Below, piece after piece: positions 1-8,835 of a stretch of DNA of 64,000 nt. The stretch comes from Bacilli bacterium (lineage in GTDB: Bacteria; Bacillota_I; Bacilli_A; RF39; UBA660). Under the pieces are notes generated by a model, which did not search any database, was not told the DNA's origin, and saw nothing but the letters and a program-made list of their open reading frames with translations. The stretch is taken from positions 1,677 to 65,676 of the forward strand of contig JBJFGY010000017.1 in assembly GCA_051893155.1 (NCBI GenBank), written 5' to 3'. Position numbers and translations under genes: made by a program. Position 1 is the first letter of the stretch. Each line of letters starts with the position of its first letter.

Positions 1-580
1 CTAATAAAATATTATTATTATCCATGATATTATTAAGCCATGTTTTATCTTTTTTAATATTTTTTAGTGATTCCTCATCTATTTTACCATCTAAAATTAT
101 TGGCATCGGATATGTACCTTTTATTTTAAAAGGTTTATATTTAAATATTGATAACTTTCCATTTGGCTCTAAAAAGGCAAATTCTACTTCCGTTATATCT
201 CTTATTTCTTTTTGTCTTAATGATAGTAATAAATCATCTAAAGTATATCTTTGTTTTATCATTTCATGATAATTAATTTTCCCATTTGAAATAATTAGTG
301 ATGGTTTTCCATCAAGTATTATTCTTAAGCTTCTACTTTTTATAGAAATATAAGCAAGTAATATTTCAAGTATTACTAGTACTACTATTGGGACTATAGT
401 TAAATAAATTGGTTCTGAGTGGTTTTCAATCGATATTGCTACAAGTTCGGCAATAAGTATTGATACTATTAAATCAATTACACCTAATTGACCAACTTCT
501 CTTTTTCCCATTAAACGATATGAAATAGTTATAAAAAAATAAAAGAATAATGTTCTAATTACTACTTTAAGTAAAACCAT
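1..580 (-). CDS. DUF421/YetF-like membrane protein. The 3' end runs off the window; the ORF track missed it because no stop codon lies inside the window.
   Basis: My own translation from the ATG at 580-578: MVLLKVVIRTLFFYFFITISYRLMGKREVGQLGVIDLIVS...ILDGK.... This pattern resembles the YetF/YdfS family. The frame continues past position 1. Confidence 0.45.
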   Translation of the reverse strand, partial: MVLLKVVIRTLFFYFFITISYRLMGKREVGQLGVIDLIVSILIAELVAISIENHSEPIYLTIVPIVVLVILEILLAYISIKSRSLRIILDGKPSLIISNGKINYHEMIKQRYTLDDLLLSLRQKEIRDITEVEFAFLEPNGKLSIFKYKPFKIKGTYPMPIILDGKIDEESLKNIKKDKTWLNNIMDNNNILL

Positions 581-645
581 AAATAATCACCATAATTATT
601 ATGTTAAAAGTAATAAAATTTTAAACATATCATAGTATTTAACAG

Positions 646-1023
646 GTGATTATTATAAAAAAATATTTAAAAACTCTAAAATATTTAGGATTATTTATTT
701 TAACTGAAACATTTTTAGCATTTTTCTTAGGCTTGATAAATCTTTTTGGAGTAAGTAGTTATATAACTAATCTTTTATCATTTTTATTTAACATTGCGCT
801 ATTTTTTATATTATCATTTAAAAAAGGTAAAACTACTAACAAAAAGGGCTATCTTGAAGGCTTAATTAATGGACTTATATTAGTTTTATGTTTATTTATT
901 TTTACTTTAATTTTCTTTATAAAAAATATAAGTATTTATACTATTTTATATTATATAATACTTATTTCAACTTCAATTATTGCTTCAATATTAGGTAAAA
1001 ATACCAAAAAGGAAAATAAATAA
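646..1023 (+). CDS. hypothetical polytopic membrane protein
   Basis: 125 aa with about 4 hydrophobic segments. It is convergent with the next gene and shares the hairpin at 1025-1050. Confidence 0.35.
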   Translation: MIIIKKYLKTLKYLGLFILTETFLAFFLGLINLFGVSSYITNLLSFLFNIALFFILSFKKGKTTNKKGYLEGLINGLILVLCLFIFTLIFFIKNISIYTILYYIILISTSIIASILGKNTKKENK

Positions 1024-1024
1024 T

Positions 1025-1050
1025 ATTAAAAAAAGTGGATAACCACTTTT
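1025..1050. terminator. bidirectional rho-independent terminator between convergent genes
   Basis: aaaaagtggataaccactttttt is a hairpin (gtggat/atccac-like) flanked by A and T runs. Confidence 0.4.
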
Positions 1051-1356
1051 TTATTTTTTCTTTCTAAAAAATGTTCTAATTACATAATATAAAAATACTA
1101 CATAAATACCAAAAATTACCCAAGAAATAATTGTATAAAAAATTCCACTTGTATAAGAAGCTGCTATATCAAGAATTGAATTATGAAAATACTTATTTAC
1201 TAAAACAGAAAATTCTTTTACTCCTAACATTTTTTCTAATCTATCAAGTAATCTTAAAAAGATATCAATAATACATATTACATAAACTACATTCGAAAAT
1301 TTACGCATAAAAATTATTGTTAAAATTATTAATATTAGAATAATTGCTAAATCCAT
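1051..1356 (-). CDS. hypothetical small membrane protein
   Basis: 101-aa ORF, hydrophobic, no recognisable motif. Confidence 0.3.
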   Translation of the reverse strand: MDLAIILILIILTIIFMRKFSNVVYVICIIDIFLRLLDRLEKMLGVKEFSVLVNKYFHNSILDIAASYTSGIFYTIISWVIFGIYVVFLYYVIRTFFRKKK

Positions 1357-1401
1357 AGTATCACCTATAATATAATAACATAATTATCAAAAAAAATCGA
1401 G

Positions 1402-1662
1402 TTATTTAGACTCGATAATTAACTTAATTGCAGTTTTCTTTTCACCACCAATTTCTATATCAGAAAATGCTGGTATGGCTACCAAATTATCCCCCATTGG
1501 TGCAACAAAACCTCTTGCTATAGCTAAAGCTTTAATTGCTTGATTTAAACTACCAGCTCCTACAGTTTGAATTTCTAAAGTTTTTTTCTCTCTAAAAATA
1601 TTAGCGATTGCTCCAGCAACTTTACTTGGATTTGACTTTGAACCTACTTTCAATATTTCCAT
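1402..1662 (-). CDS. spoVS: stage V sporulation protein S
   Basis: 86 aa. MEILKVGSKSNPSKVAGAIANIFRE...EIQTVGAGSLNQAIKALAIARGFVAP...AIPAF is near-identical in pattern to Bacillus/Clostridium SpoVS. Confidence 0.85.
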   Translation of the reverse strand: MEILKVGSKSNPSKVAGAIANIFREKKTLEIQTVGAGSLNQAIKALAIARGFVAPMGDNLVAIPAFSDIEIGGEKKTAIKLIIESK

Positions 1663-1703
1663 AATTCCTCCATAGTAAAATATATGAAAGTATTAAAAAT
1701 ATA

Positions 1704-2234
1704 TTACCTTAATTCTATTAAATAATTTGTTATTGGATCAATTAATTCTAAAATACCATGAATAAAATAGAAAAATCCTAATACTAATACTTGAACACTT
1801 TCTTCATAATATAAATTTATTGTACAAAGAAGACCAATTAGAACAAATATTACCAATGTAATTATTTTTAAAATATATATTTTTTTATTTCTATCATGAT
1901 AATAATCACATTTTTTTAGTTTAATTAAACTCATTAGTGTAATCCAAACAAATAATGTTAAAGCTAGATTAAGAGGATTATTTTCAATATTTACAAGGCC
2001 TAAAATAATTAATGTAATAATACTTGCTATCATTGTAAATAAGCCTTCATAATCTTTTGATTCATTAGTTAATATATATTGAATTAAATTCATAATTCCA
2101 TAAAAAGTTAGTACTCCCATAAAAATATATTTTACATTAATTATTTTTAAAAGTGGGAATATCAAAATAATACTTCCAACTACTATTAATGCTACTGCCG
2201 TAATTAAATCAATTATTTGTTTTCTTTTCATCAT
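1704..2234 (-). CDS. hypothetical polytopic membrane protein
   Basis: 176 aa with 5-6 TM segments. Overlaps the uppS start by 26 nt, operon-like. Confidence 0.4.
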   Translation of the reverse strand: MMKRKQIIDLITAVALIVVGSIILIFPLLKIINVKYIFMGVLTFYGIMNLIQYILTNESKDYEGLFTMIASIITLIILGLVNIENNPLNLALTLFVWITLMSLIKLKKCDYYHDRNKKIYILKIITLVIFVLIGLLCTINLYYEESVQVLVLGFFYFIHGILELIDPITNYLIELR

Positions 2235-2931
2235 TTATACCTCCGAATCTTCTATCTTTTAAATAGAAATTATCAATTATTTTATCAACTTTTTTTATAG
2301 TAAAATCAGGAAATAAAGTATCAATAAAATAAATTTCTGCATATGTTAATTGATATAACATAAAATTACTTAATCTTTTTTCACCACCAGTTCTTATTAG
2401 TAAATCAATAGGTGGTAAATAATTATCCATATATTTATAAAAATTATCTCTATTTATATCATTTTTACTTATTTTTTTAGTTATTAAATCATCATGATAT
2501 CTATTTGCTGCCCGTATAATTTCTTCTTGTGAACCATAATTTAAACAAATATTTAAGACTGAGCCATTATTATTTTCGGTTTTCTTAGTAATACTATCCA
2601 TTGAATTAACTACATCTTTACGAAGACCATTTTTATCCCCACTAAAGATTACCTTAATTCCTTTTGCCTGAAGTTTTTTAAATTTTTTATTAAACATTTC
2701 AATAAATAAATTCATTAAATAATCAACTTCTTCTTTACTACGTTTAAAATTATCTGTTGAAAATGCATAAATACTTAAATACTCAATATTTAAATCATTT
2801 ATATGAGATGCTAGTTTTTCAAGGGTACTTGCTCCTTTTTTATGACCCATACTGCGAGTCATTCCCCTTTTTTGAGCCCATCGACCATTTCCATCCATTA
2901 TTATTGCAATATGTTTTAATTTATTTTCCAT
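2209..2931 (-). CDS. uppS: undecaprenyl-diphosphate synthase (isoprenyl transferase)
   Basis: HIAIIMDGNGRWA, SIYAFSTDNF, and a C-terminal RRFGG-like motif. Typical cis-prenyltransferase length of 240 aa. Confidence 0.9.
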   Translation of the reverse strand: MENKLKHIAIIMDGNGRWAQKRGMTRSMGHKKGASTLEKLASHINDLNIEYLSIYAFSTDNFKRSKEEVDYLMNLFIEMFNKKFKKLQAKGIKVIFSGDKNGLRKDVVNSMDSITKKTENNNGSVLNICLNYGSQEEIIRAANRYHDDLITKKISKNDINRDNFYKYMDNYLPPIDLLIRTGGEKRLSNFMLYQLTYAEIYFIDTLFPDFTIKKVDKIIDNFYLKDRRFGGINDEKKTNN

Positions 2932-2995
2932 TTTTTCCTCTTAAATTAATTATAATAAAAATTTTTTTAATATACAATTAAAAAAGAAAGATTTT

Positions 2996-3865
2996 TTATT
3001 TCTTATCTTTCTTTTCTTCACCTTGTAATCCTTCTTTAATACCTTTACTAATTTCTTTAGCAATTTGTCCATAAGTAGGTGCCATTTCTTTTGCAATACT
3101 TGCTCCAGCTTTACCTATTGAAGGTGCTATTTTTTCAATACCTTCTTGTGCAATAGGCATCATTTGTTGTGCAGAAAATGCAGCAATTTCTCTTCTTTTA
3201 GTCATCATATAAATAGATGAAGATATCATTACAGAAGCAATAATAATAAATACACCAACTATATATAAGTAATCATGTTTTCCAGCTTCATGTTTTCTAT
3301 TAAAATCAGAATATTTACTATCTAATAAATTTATTTCATTATTTTTTGCTTTTAACTCATTTTTTAATAAGCAATATGAAGCTGTATAATTATTATTCTT
3401 AGCACTATCAAAAGCACAATGATCAAAACTTTCATCTAGAGCGTTTTCTATTACATCAATTGATTTTTTATCATCAGCAATACTTTCTTTTAATTCTTCA
3501 ATTTTATCTTCTCTAGCATAATATGCATCATCAAATCCTGTAAAAGTAACTCTATCTAAACTTTTTATTTCATCTTCTATTGGTTTAATTTTTGCTTCAA
3601 GATCTTCCTTTGATTTTATAAGATTTTGTTTTTCTTCTTCAACTTGATTAGATAGTTGTTGTTTTTCGTTTTCCAATTGTTGTAATTCCTTTGCTTTGCT
3701 TTTTTCGGAATATTTTTCATTAACAGCATTTTGTTTTACTATTCCTGTAATTATTAAACTACCTCCTAGTAATAATCCAATAACTAAAATAATTAATGAA
3801 ATAGACTTAATTTTTTTCTTTCCTTTTAAATAATTTTCCTCAGTTAAAATTTCTTTTTTTTCCAT
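2996..3865 (-). CDS. coiled-coil membrane protein with N-proximal and C-proximal TM segments
   Basis: 289 aa. A TM at about aa 20-45, a long E/K/Q-rich coiled coil, a second TM near aa 215, and a tail with IAKE-type repeats. Confidence 0.4.
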   Translation of the reverse strand: MEKKEILTEENYLKGKKKIKSISLIILVIGLLLGGSLIITGIVKQNAVNEKYSEKSKAKELQQLENEKQQLSNQVEEEKQNLIKSKEDLEAKIKPIEDEIKSLDRVTFTGFDDAYYAREDKIEELKESIADDKKSIDVIENALDESFDHCAFDSAKNNNYTASYCLLKNELKAKNNEINLLDSKYSDFNRKHEAGKHDYLYIVGVFIIIASVMISSSIYMMTKRREIAAFSAQQMMPIAQEGIEKIAPSIGKAGASIAKEMAPTYGQIAKEISKGIKEGLQGEEKKDKK

Positions 3866-3880
3866 AAAAACTACCCTTCC

Positions 3881-4420
3881 TTATCTTTTAAAACTATTTT
3901 CTTTTTCTTGATTATATAATTGTAATTCAGAAAATGATAAATGACATTTTTTTAATGCATTATTTTTTATTTCAAATTCTTCATGTAAAATTGATGTAGT
4001 ACTAATTATATCATCTAGAGTAAGATATGTAAATGCTTTATTTGCCTGAATTATACCATCACAATAATTAAATATATCATCAATATTATTGATTTTATCT
4101 TTAATAGTATTTAAATATTCTTCAAGTTGTTTACTTTGATAAGATTCACTTTGATCAAGAAATATTACACCCGAACCATCAGGATATAAATCTGCAATTG
4201 CCGGCCTTACAATAAAATTTCCAAATAATTGTTGAAAACGACCATACTCATCTTTTGTTACTTTAGCAATTAGATACGAATTATCCTCATATTTTACTAC
4301 CCCATAATAATCTGCTTCAGTAAGCATTAGTCCCTCTTTAATACCAATTCCTTCCCAAGAACCCTTTGGATTAGTATCATTAGAATATCCAAATTCAATA
4401 GTTTTCATTTTTCCCTCCAT
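3881..4420 (-). CDS. hypothetical protein
   Basis: 179-aa ORF with an RBS-like ggaggg upstream. No recognisable family. Confidence 0.4.
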   Translation of the reverse strand: MEGKMKTIEFGYSNDTNPKGSWEGIGIKEGLMLTEADYYGVVKYEDNSYLIAKVTKDEYGRFQQLFGNFIVRPAIADLYPDGSGVIFLDQSESYQSKQLEEYLNTIKDKINNIDDIFNYCDGIIQANKAFTYLTLDDIISTTSILHEEFEIKNNALKKCHLSFSELQLYNQEKENSFKR

Positions 4421-4578
4421 ATTTAACTAAATTATATCAAATATTCAATAAAAAGTCTTATATTTTGATTTAATTAAATATTTTTTACAAAATTTTATAT
4501 TAATAAGAATCATTTTAAATCAGCATCTAATTTTTATAGTTACTATTTTCAAGGATAATAAAACTAGAGGTGGTATTT

Positions 4579-4683
4579 ATGACTAAAAAAGATGGTTTAA
4601 ATTTTAGAAATATGCAAATATTAAGAGAAAAGCAAAATATAACTCAAGTTAAACTTAGTTTATTAGTTGGCGTATCTCAGTAG
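4579..4683 (+). pseudogene. decayed XRE/Cro-C1 type helix-turn-helix regulator remnant
   Basis: Good RBS (agaggtggt) followed by an ATG. MTKKDGLNFRNMQILREKQNITQVKLSLLVGVSQ, then an in-frame TAG, then SIIHLQN. It matches the HTH_XRE consensus LTQeeLAekLGVSrqtIsrwEnG but is interrupted. Confidence 0.35.
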
Positions 4684-4758
4684 AGTATTATTCACTTGCA
4701 AAATTAAATGTTCCTCTTTTTTATTTTATGCAAAATTTCTTGCTAAATATTTTACAAA

Positions 4759-4832
4759 TGGTGCCGAATACAAGAATTGAACTTGTGGCTAAAGCTTACC
4801 ATGCTTTTGTTTTACCATTAAACTAATTCGGC
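4759..4832 (-). tRNA. tRNA-Thr (anticodon GGT)
   Basis: Reverse complement GCCGAATTAGTTTAATGGTAAAACAAAAGCATGGTAAGCTTTAGCCACAAGTTCAATTCTTGTATTCGGCACCA folds as a cloverleaf. Acceptor 7 bp, D-stem GTTT/AAAC, anticodon stem AAAGC/GCTTT with loop ATGGTAA, T-arm ACAAG-TTCAATT-CTTGT, CCA encoded. Confidence 0.6.
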
Positions 4833-4933
4833 ATAAATAAATTATATAATTAATTATTAAAAATGTAAACTTTAAAATATAATAGATTTATTTATAGCTA
4901 AATGATATAATTAGTATAATAAGAGGTGGAAAG

Positions 4934-5440
4934 ATGAGAGAAGCTGTTGGTTCTAGTTGGATATTTTTTATAGTAATAAGTTTTACGCTTATTTTCGCAG
5001 GTTTTTTAGTTATGGCACTAAGTTATTCAAAAACATATAAATTGAAAAATGAACTTACTTCGATAATTGAAAAGTATGAGGGTTTAACTCAAACTGATAC
5101 TTCGGGAAATAAAGTAAGTGGTTCAATTAATATAATGAATACATATCTTCAAAATAGTAATTATGTTGGAAGAGGTACTTGCTATGATGGTTCAAGTACA
5201 ATGTATGGATTTAATTTAGATGATACAATGGCAAATGTTGCTAAAGAAAATGAAAAATACTCATATTGTGTAAAAGTTATGACAAATACAAAAACTTGTG
5301 AAACATTATTTAGAGTTACTTTATTTTATGAATTTAATCTTCCTGTTCTTGGTGATTTATCGAAATTTAAAGTTTCTGGTCAAACAAACGAAGTAAATAA
5401 TGCATTTATTAATGATGTTCAAATTAAATGTGTAAGTTAA
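4934..5440 (+). CDS. secreted or membrane-anchored Cys-containing protein of unknown function
   Basis: RBS aagaggtgg. An N-terminal TM or signal anchor (IFFIVISFTLIFAGFLVMALSY), then a soluble domain with 5 Cys. A terminator follows. Confidence 0.5.
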   Translation: MREAVGSSWIFFIVISFTLIFAGFLVMALSYSKTYKLKNELTSIIEKYEGLTQTDTSGNKVSGSINIMNTYLQNSNYVGRGTCYDGSSTMYGFNLDDTMANVAKENEKYSYCVKVMTNTKTCETLFRVTLFYEFNLPVLGDLSKFKVSGQTNEVNNAFINDVQIKCVS

Positions 5441-5446
5441 ATAACA

Positions 5447-5480
5447 AAACAAAAAACCCCATTAAATGGGGATTTTATTT
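5447..5480 (+). terminator. rho-independent terminator
   Basis: aaaaaaccccattaaatggggattttatttg: a ccccatt/aatgggg stem followed by a T run. Confidence 0.6.
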
Positions 5481-5485
5481 GCTTC

Positions 5486-5561
<76 letters not shown>

Positions 5562-5564
5562 AAA

Positions 5565-5641
5565 TGGCGGTTCCAACGGGATTTGAACCCGTGATCTCTT
5601 GCGTGACAGGCAAGCGTGATAGGCCGCTACACTATGGAACC
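5565..5641 (-). tRNA. tRNA-Asp (GTC)
   Basis: Reverse complement GGTTCCATAGTGTAGCGG...CCTGTCACGCAAG...GGTTCAAATCCCGTTGGAACCGCCA. Confidence 0.9.
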
Positions 5642-5643
5642 AT

Positions 5644-5721
<78 letters not shown>

Positions 5722-5732
5722 ATATTTCAACT

Positions 5733-5825
5733 TGGCGGGGGAAAAGGGATTCGAACCCCTGCGCCGGTTACCCGACCTCCTGGTTTTCAAGACCAGTCCC
5801 TTCAACCGGACTTGGGTATTCCCCC
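5733..5825 (-). tRNA. tRNA-Ser (TGA)
   Basis: Reverse complement GGGGGAATACCCAAGTCCGGTTGAAGGGACTGGTCTTGAAAACCAG plus a long variable arm, ...GGTTCGAATCCCTTTTCCCCCGCCA. 93 nt. Confidence 0.9.
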
Positions 5826-5844
5826 ACTTTTTCAAGTGCAATTT

Positions 5845-5940
5845 GATTATAGCATATATTATTTTAACTTGTCAATCAACTTTTAAAAAAAAATACTTGC
5901 AAAGTACTAAAAAAAAAGATATAATTAAATAGTCTTATCA
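5845..5940. promoter_or_regulatory. divergent sigma-A-type promoters for the minus-strand tRNA operon and plus-strand tRNA-Leu
   Basis: Minus orientation: TTGACA, 17 nt, CTATAAT. Plus orientation: CTTGCA, 17 nt, TATAAT upstream of tRNA-Leu. Confidence 0.45.
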
Positions 5941-5959
5941 AATTAAGACAAGTGCCTTT

Positions 5960-6048
5960 GCCCGAGTGGCGGAATAGGTAGACGCACAGGACTTAAAATC
6001 CTGCGAGTATAAAAACTCGTGCCGGTTCAAGTCCGGCCTCGGGCACCA
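5960..6048 (+). tRNA. tRNA-Leu (TAA)
   Basis: GCCCGAGTGGCGGAATAGGTAGACGCACAGGACTTAAAATCC plus a long variable arm, ...GGTTCAAGTCCGGCCTCGGGCACCA. Confidence 0.9.
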
Positions 6049-6057
6049 ATAATAAAA

Positions 6058-6086
6058 TTACTCAATTAAATTTGAGTTTTTTTATG
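6058..6086 (+). terminator. rho-independent terminator after tRNA-Leu
   Basis: actcaattaaatttgagttttttt: an actcaa/ttgagt hairpin plus a T run. Confidence 0.5.
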
Positions 6087-6119
6087 CAAAAAAAATAATT
6101 TATGCAAAAAAAATAATAA

Positions 6120-6476
6120 TTATTCATTATTATTCTTAATCTCTGATAGTTTTTCACTTATCCAAGTATTTAAATGATTTTTAAGAGGTAAAAATCCAAG
6201 TCTTGACTCTTTAATTTTACTTTTTGAATTAGATTTATAATTAATATTTTTTATTGACAATTTTAAATGATGATTAATCTCATCTACCTCTAAAATTTGT
6301 GTATAAATAATTTCTCCCACTTGTAAAAAATCATTTATATCTTTAACAAAATCATTTGATATTTCTGAAATATGAATTAATCCTGTATAATTTGAATCAA
6401 TATTAACAAAGGCTCCATACTTCTCTATTCCAGTTACTTGGCATTTAACGATACTACCTGATCTATATTCTGCCAT
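6120..6476 (-). CDS. S1 RNA-binding domain protein (YabR/GSP13-like)
   Basis: GSIVKCQVTGIEKYGAFVNID...GLIHISEIS...DINDFLQVGEIIYTQILEVDE is an S1 fold signature. Start placed at MAEYRSG, which follows a gaagaagg RBS. Confidence 0.65.
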   Translation of the reverse strand: MAEYRSGSIVKCQVTGIEKYGAFVNIDSNYTGLIHISEISNDFVKDINDFLQVGEIIYTQILEVDEINHHLKLSIKNINYKSNSKSKIKESRLGFLPLKNHLNTWISEKLSEIKNNNE

Positions 6477-6536
6477 AAAACCTTCTTCCAAATAAATTCT
6501 ATCATATTTTTAAAAAAAATGATATACTAATATTTA

Positions 6537-6770
6537 GTGATATATATGGAAGAAAAAATTTTAGAAATAATTGAAAAAATACGTCCATATTTAAATATGG
6601 ATGGTGGCGATATTGAATTTATCAAGTATGAAGATAATTATATTTACATTAAATTATATGGTGCATGTGAACATTGTCTATATCAAGATAATACTATCAA
6701 TGAAAATCTTTTATCTTTTTTTAAAGATGAAATTCCTGAAATTAAAGGTATAATTAATGTAAATTTTTAA
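6537..6770 (+). CDS. NifU-like (Nfu-type) Fe-S cluster scaffold domain protein
   Basis: IRPYLNMDGGDIEFIKYEDN.YIKLYGACEHC matches the NifU C-terminal domain CxxC pattern. Start is ambiguous; the ATG at 6546 is more likely. Confidence 0.65.
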   Translation: MIYMEEKILEIIEKIRPYLNMDGGDIEFIKYEDNYIYIKLYGACEHCLYQDNTINENLLSFFKDEIPEIKGIINVNF

Positions 6771-7674
6771 TCCAAGAAATATCTTCTAAAGGGGCATATG
6801 ATGAAATTAAATCATATGCTTTTTTTAAAAATAATTCATATTCATTACATTTAGAAATAATATTAATTAATTTTTGACTATCTTCATTTGAATTTATAAT
6901 ACTTTCATAAATATCAAAATAATATGAAGGATATAAAAGTCTTGCAAATAACATATTATATGAATATATTGATAATTTAACACTTTTTAAATATGTTATA
7001 AGTTCTGTTAAAGCATCTTCACCAGCAAAAAAATAACTTTTTATATACTCTACTATATCCCTTACTTCTAAATCAAAAATAAAAGTCAATGGATTAAAAT
7101 AATTTAATGAATAATTTGGATAAAAAATTCTTTTCCTACTTAAAACTACTTTATCTACCATGGATAACTCATATTTTTTATTTATATTATTTACATAATA
7201 TATAGCATTTTCGCAAAGTCCAATATAATAATCAATACTACTTTCAATAATTTTATTTGTTTTTATTTCTTTAAGTTGCTGTTCAATATAATCTATTTTA
7301 CTTGACCATAAATAACTCCAATTATTACGATATAAATTATTTTTACTACCATTTAAAACTAATTTTTTATTATAACTTATCATATCAGATATTGAAATTA
7401 TTTCATCTTTATTTGTTACTTTAACTAATATATAATTTACATCTTCTATTTTAGTTAAATATTCATTATTTATATTTATTAAAATATTATGGCACTGCAT
7501 TCCTTTTTGTTTAAGTTCTAATGTACAATTTATAATATCTTTTAAATCTTCATTAGTTCTTTTATAGAAAAGAAAATAATAATCTTCATTATTTAAAATA
7601 AAATGATATACATCTTTTTCTATAAATAGTTTATCAATTTTTATATTGTAATAGTATTCAATAGTTTCTTTCAT
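6754..7674 (-). CDS. hypothetical protein (possibly CotS/YutH-like kinase-fold spore protein; unconfirmed)
   Basis: 306-aa ORF with a tiny convergent overlap with the nifU-like gene. No firm motif. Confidence 0.35.
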   Translation of the reverse strand: MKETIEYYYNIKIDKLFIEKDVYHFILNNEDYYFLFYKRTNEDLKDIINCTLELKQKGMQCHNILININNEYLTKIEDVNYILVKVTNKDEIISISDMISYNKKLVLNGSKNNLYRNNWSYLWSSKIDYIEQQLKEIKTNKIIESSIDYYIGLCENAIYYVNNINKKYELSMVDKVVLSRKRIFYPNYSLNYFNPLTFIFDLEVRDIVEYIKSYFFAGEDALTELITYLKSVKLSIYSYNMLFARLLYPSYYFDIYESIINSNEDSQKLINIISKCNEYELFLKKAYDLISSYAPLEDISWIKNLH

Positions 7675-7715
7675 ATTAAATTATATAAAAAAACTTTCAG
7701 CTTTATACTGAAGTT

Positions 7716-8498
7716 TTATTTATTTTCCATAATTTTAACTAAGGCATCAAATACATTTTCACAAGATTTCATAAATGTTTCTTTAACTTGATTAATTTCA
7801 TTATTATTTATTTGACTTAATTGACCTAAATTTTCATCATTTAACGCTTGATTTAAAGTATTAACAAAAGGATTAGTTTGTTGCGTTTGCATAATATTTT
7901 GAGTATTAGGCTGAGCGATATTCTGTATTGGATTGATATTACTAATATTTTGGTCTAATGAATTTGGCATTGTTGGACTAACCATATTAGGCATCATTTG
8001 ATTCGGTAAAACTTGTGAATTAACACTTGGACCCATAGTAATAGGACTATCCATTATATTTTGTTCAATTGGAGTTTCTACTGGAGCAACCGGTTCTAAA
8101 GTTGGCATTACTTCAGGTGCAACTGGCACAACCTGTGGAGTTTCTGGAACTGGAGGTTTATAAGCATTTTTCAATACATCAAAAGATGCTACAGGTAATG
8201 TAAGTTGAGTAAAGAAATCATCTTGTGCAGTTAAATTTTCTGGAATAGTTAAATATATAAAATTATTCCCACTTATTATAGATTTTAAATTTTCTTTAAC
8301 ACTACTCCATTCACTTTGATCATATATTTTTTCAAGTTTATTTCCAACAAGCTTACTTATGCATATTATTGGAAGGCCCATAGAACCATTCATTTCATTA
8401 TCAAAAACAATATAATTTGCACTTGTACCTTGAAAACAGGTTACTAAAGGCTTTTCAAAAATATTACCACTTGCTAAACTTACTTTTATTTTACTCAT
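7716..8498 (-). CDS. hypothetical protein with a globular N-terminal domain and a Pro/Gln/Asn-rich low-complexity C-terminal half
   Basis: 260 aa. A PVPETPQVVPVAPEVMPTLEPVAPVETP linker, then N/Q-rich sequence. Confidence 0.4.
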   Translation of the reverse strand: MSKIKVSLASGNIFEKPLVTCFQGTSANYIVFDNEMNGSMGLPIICISKLVGNKLEKIYDQSEWSSVKENLKSIISGNNFIYLTIPENLTAQDDFFTQLTLPVASFDVLKNAYKPPVPETPQVVPVAPEVMPTLEPVAPVETPIEQNIMDSPITMGPSVNSQVLPNQMMPNMVSPTMPNSLDQNISNINPIQNIAQPNTQNIMQTQQTNPFVNTLNQALNDENLGQLSQINNNEINQVKETFMKSCENVFDALVKIMENK

Positions 8499-8542
8499 CT
8501 ATATCAATCCCTTCTTATGATAAAATCATTATAACAAAAATA

Positions 8543-8824
8543 TTATTTATTTTCAACTTTTTTGAGTATAAAATATCTACACCCATAAGCACAATATTTT
8601 TCAATATATTCTTGCACATTTTTTATATCATTTATCTTTTTAAAATTTTTATTTTCTTTATCATTAAATCCTTTTAAACGCAACTTACCATACGCCCAAT
8701 CACCAACTATATAATTAAATTCATCAAAATATTCAGTTATTTTATCTTTTAAAACATCTTCATCAATTGCATCTTTTTCATTTTTAATTACTTCATATGT
8801 TTTATCATTAATAGTTATTTTCAT
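8543..8824 (-). CDS. yutD: YutD-like protein (DUF1027)
   Basis: YIVGDWAYGKLRLKGF...YCAYGCRYFILKK matches the conserved YutD core (DWgYGqLRLKGF...C.FGC.YFvL). Confidence 0.6.
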   Translation of the reverse strand: MKITINDKTYEVIKNEKDAIDEDVLKDKITEYFDEFNYIVGDWAYGKLRLKGFNDKENKNFKKINDIKNVQEYIEKYCAYGCRYFILKKVENK

Positions 8825-8835
8825 TAATACTCCCC

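Noticed and set aside
24-269. Track ORF 24..269(+)
   Set aside because: Antisense to the DUF421-like gene that occupies 1..580 on the minus strand, which has a clear family signature.
6085-6120. Tandem duplicate tttatgcaaaaaaaataat x2 after tRNA-Leu
   Set aside because: Short AT-rich duplication in terminator-distal spacer. No coding or structural role is apparent beyond a possible slipped-strand duplication.
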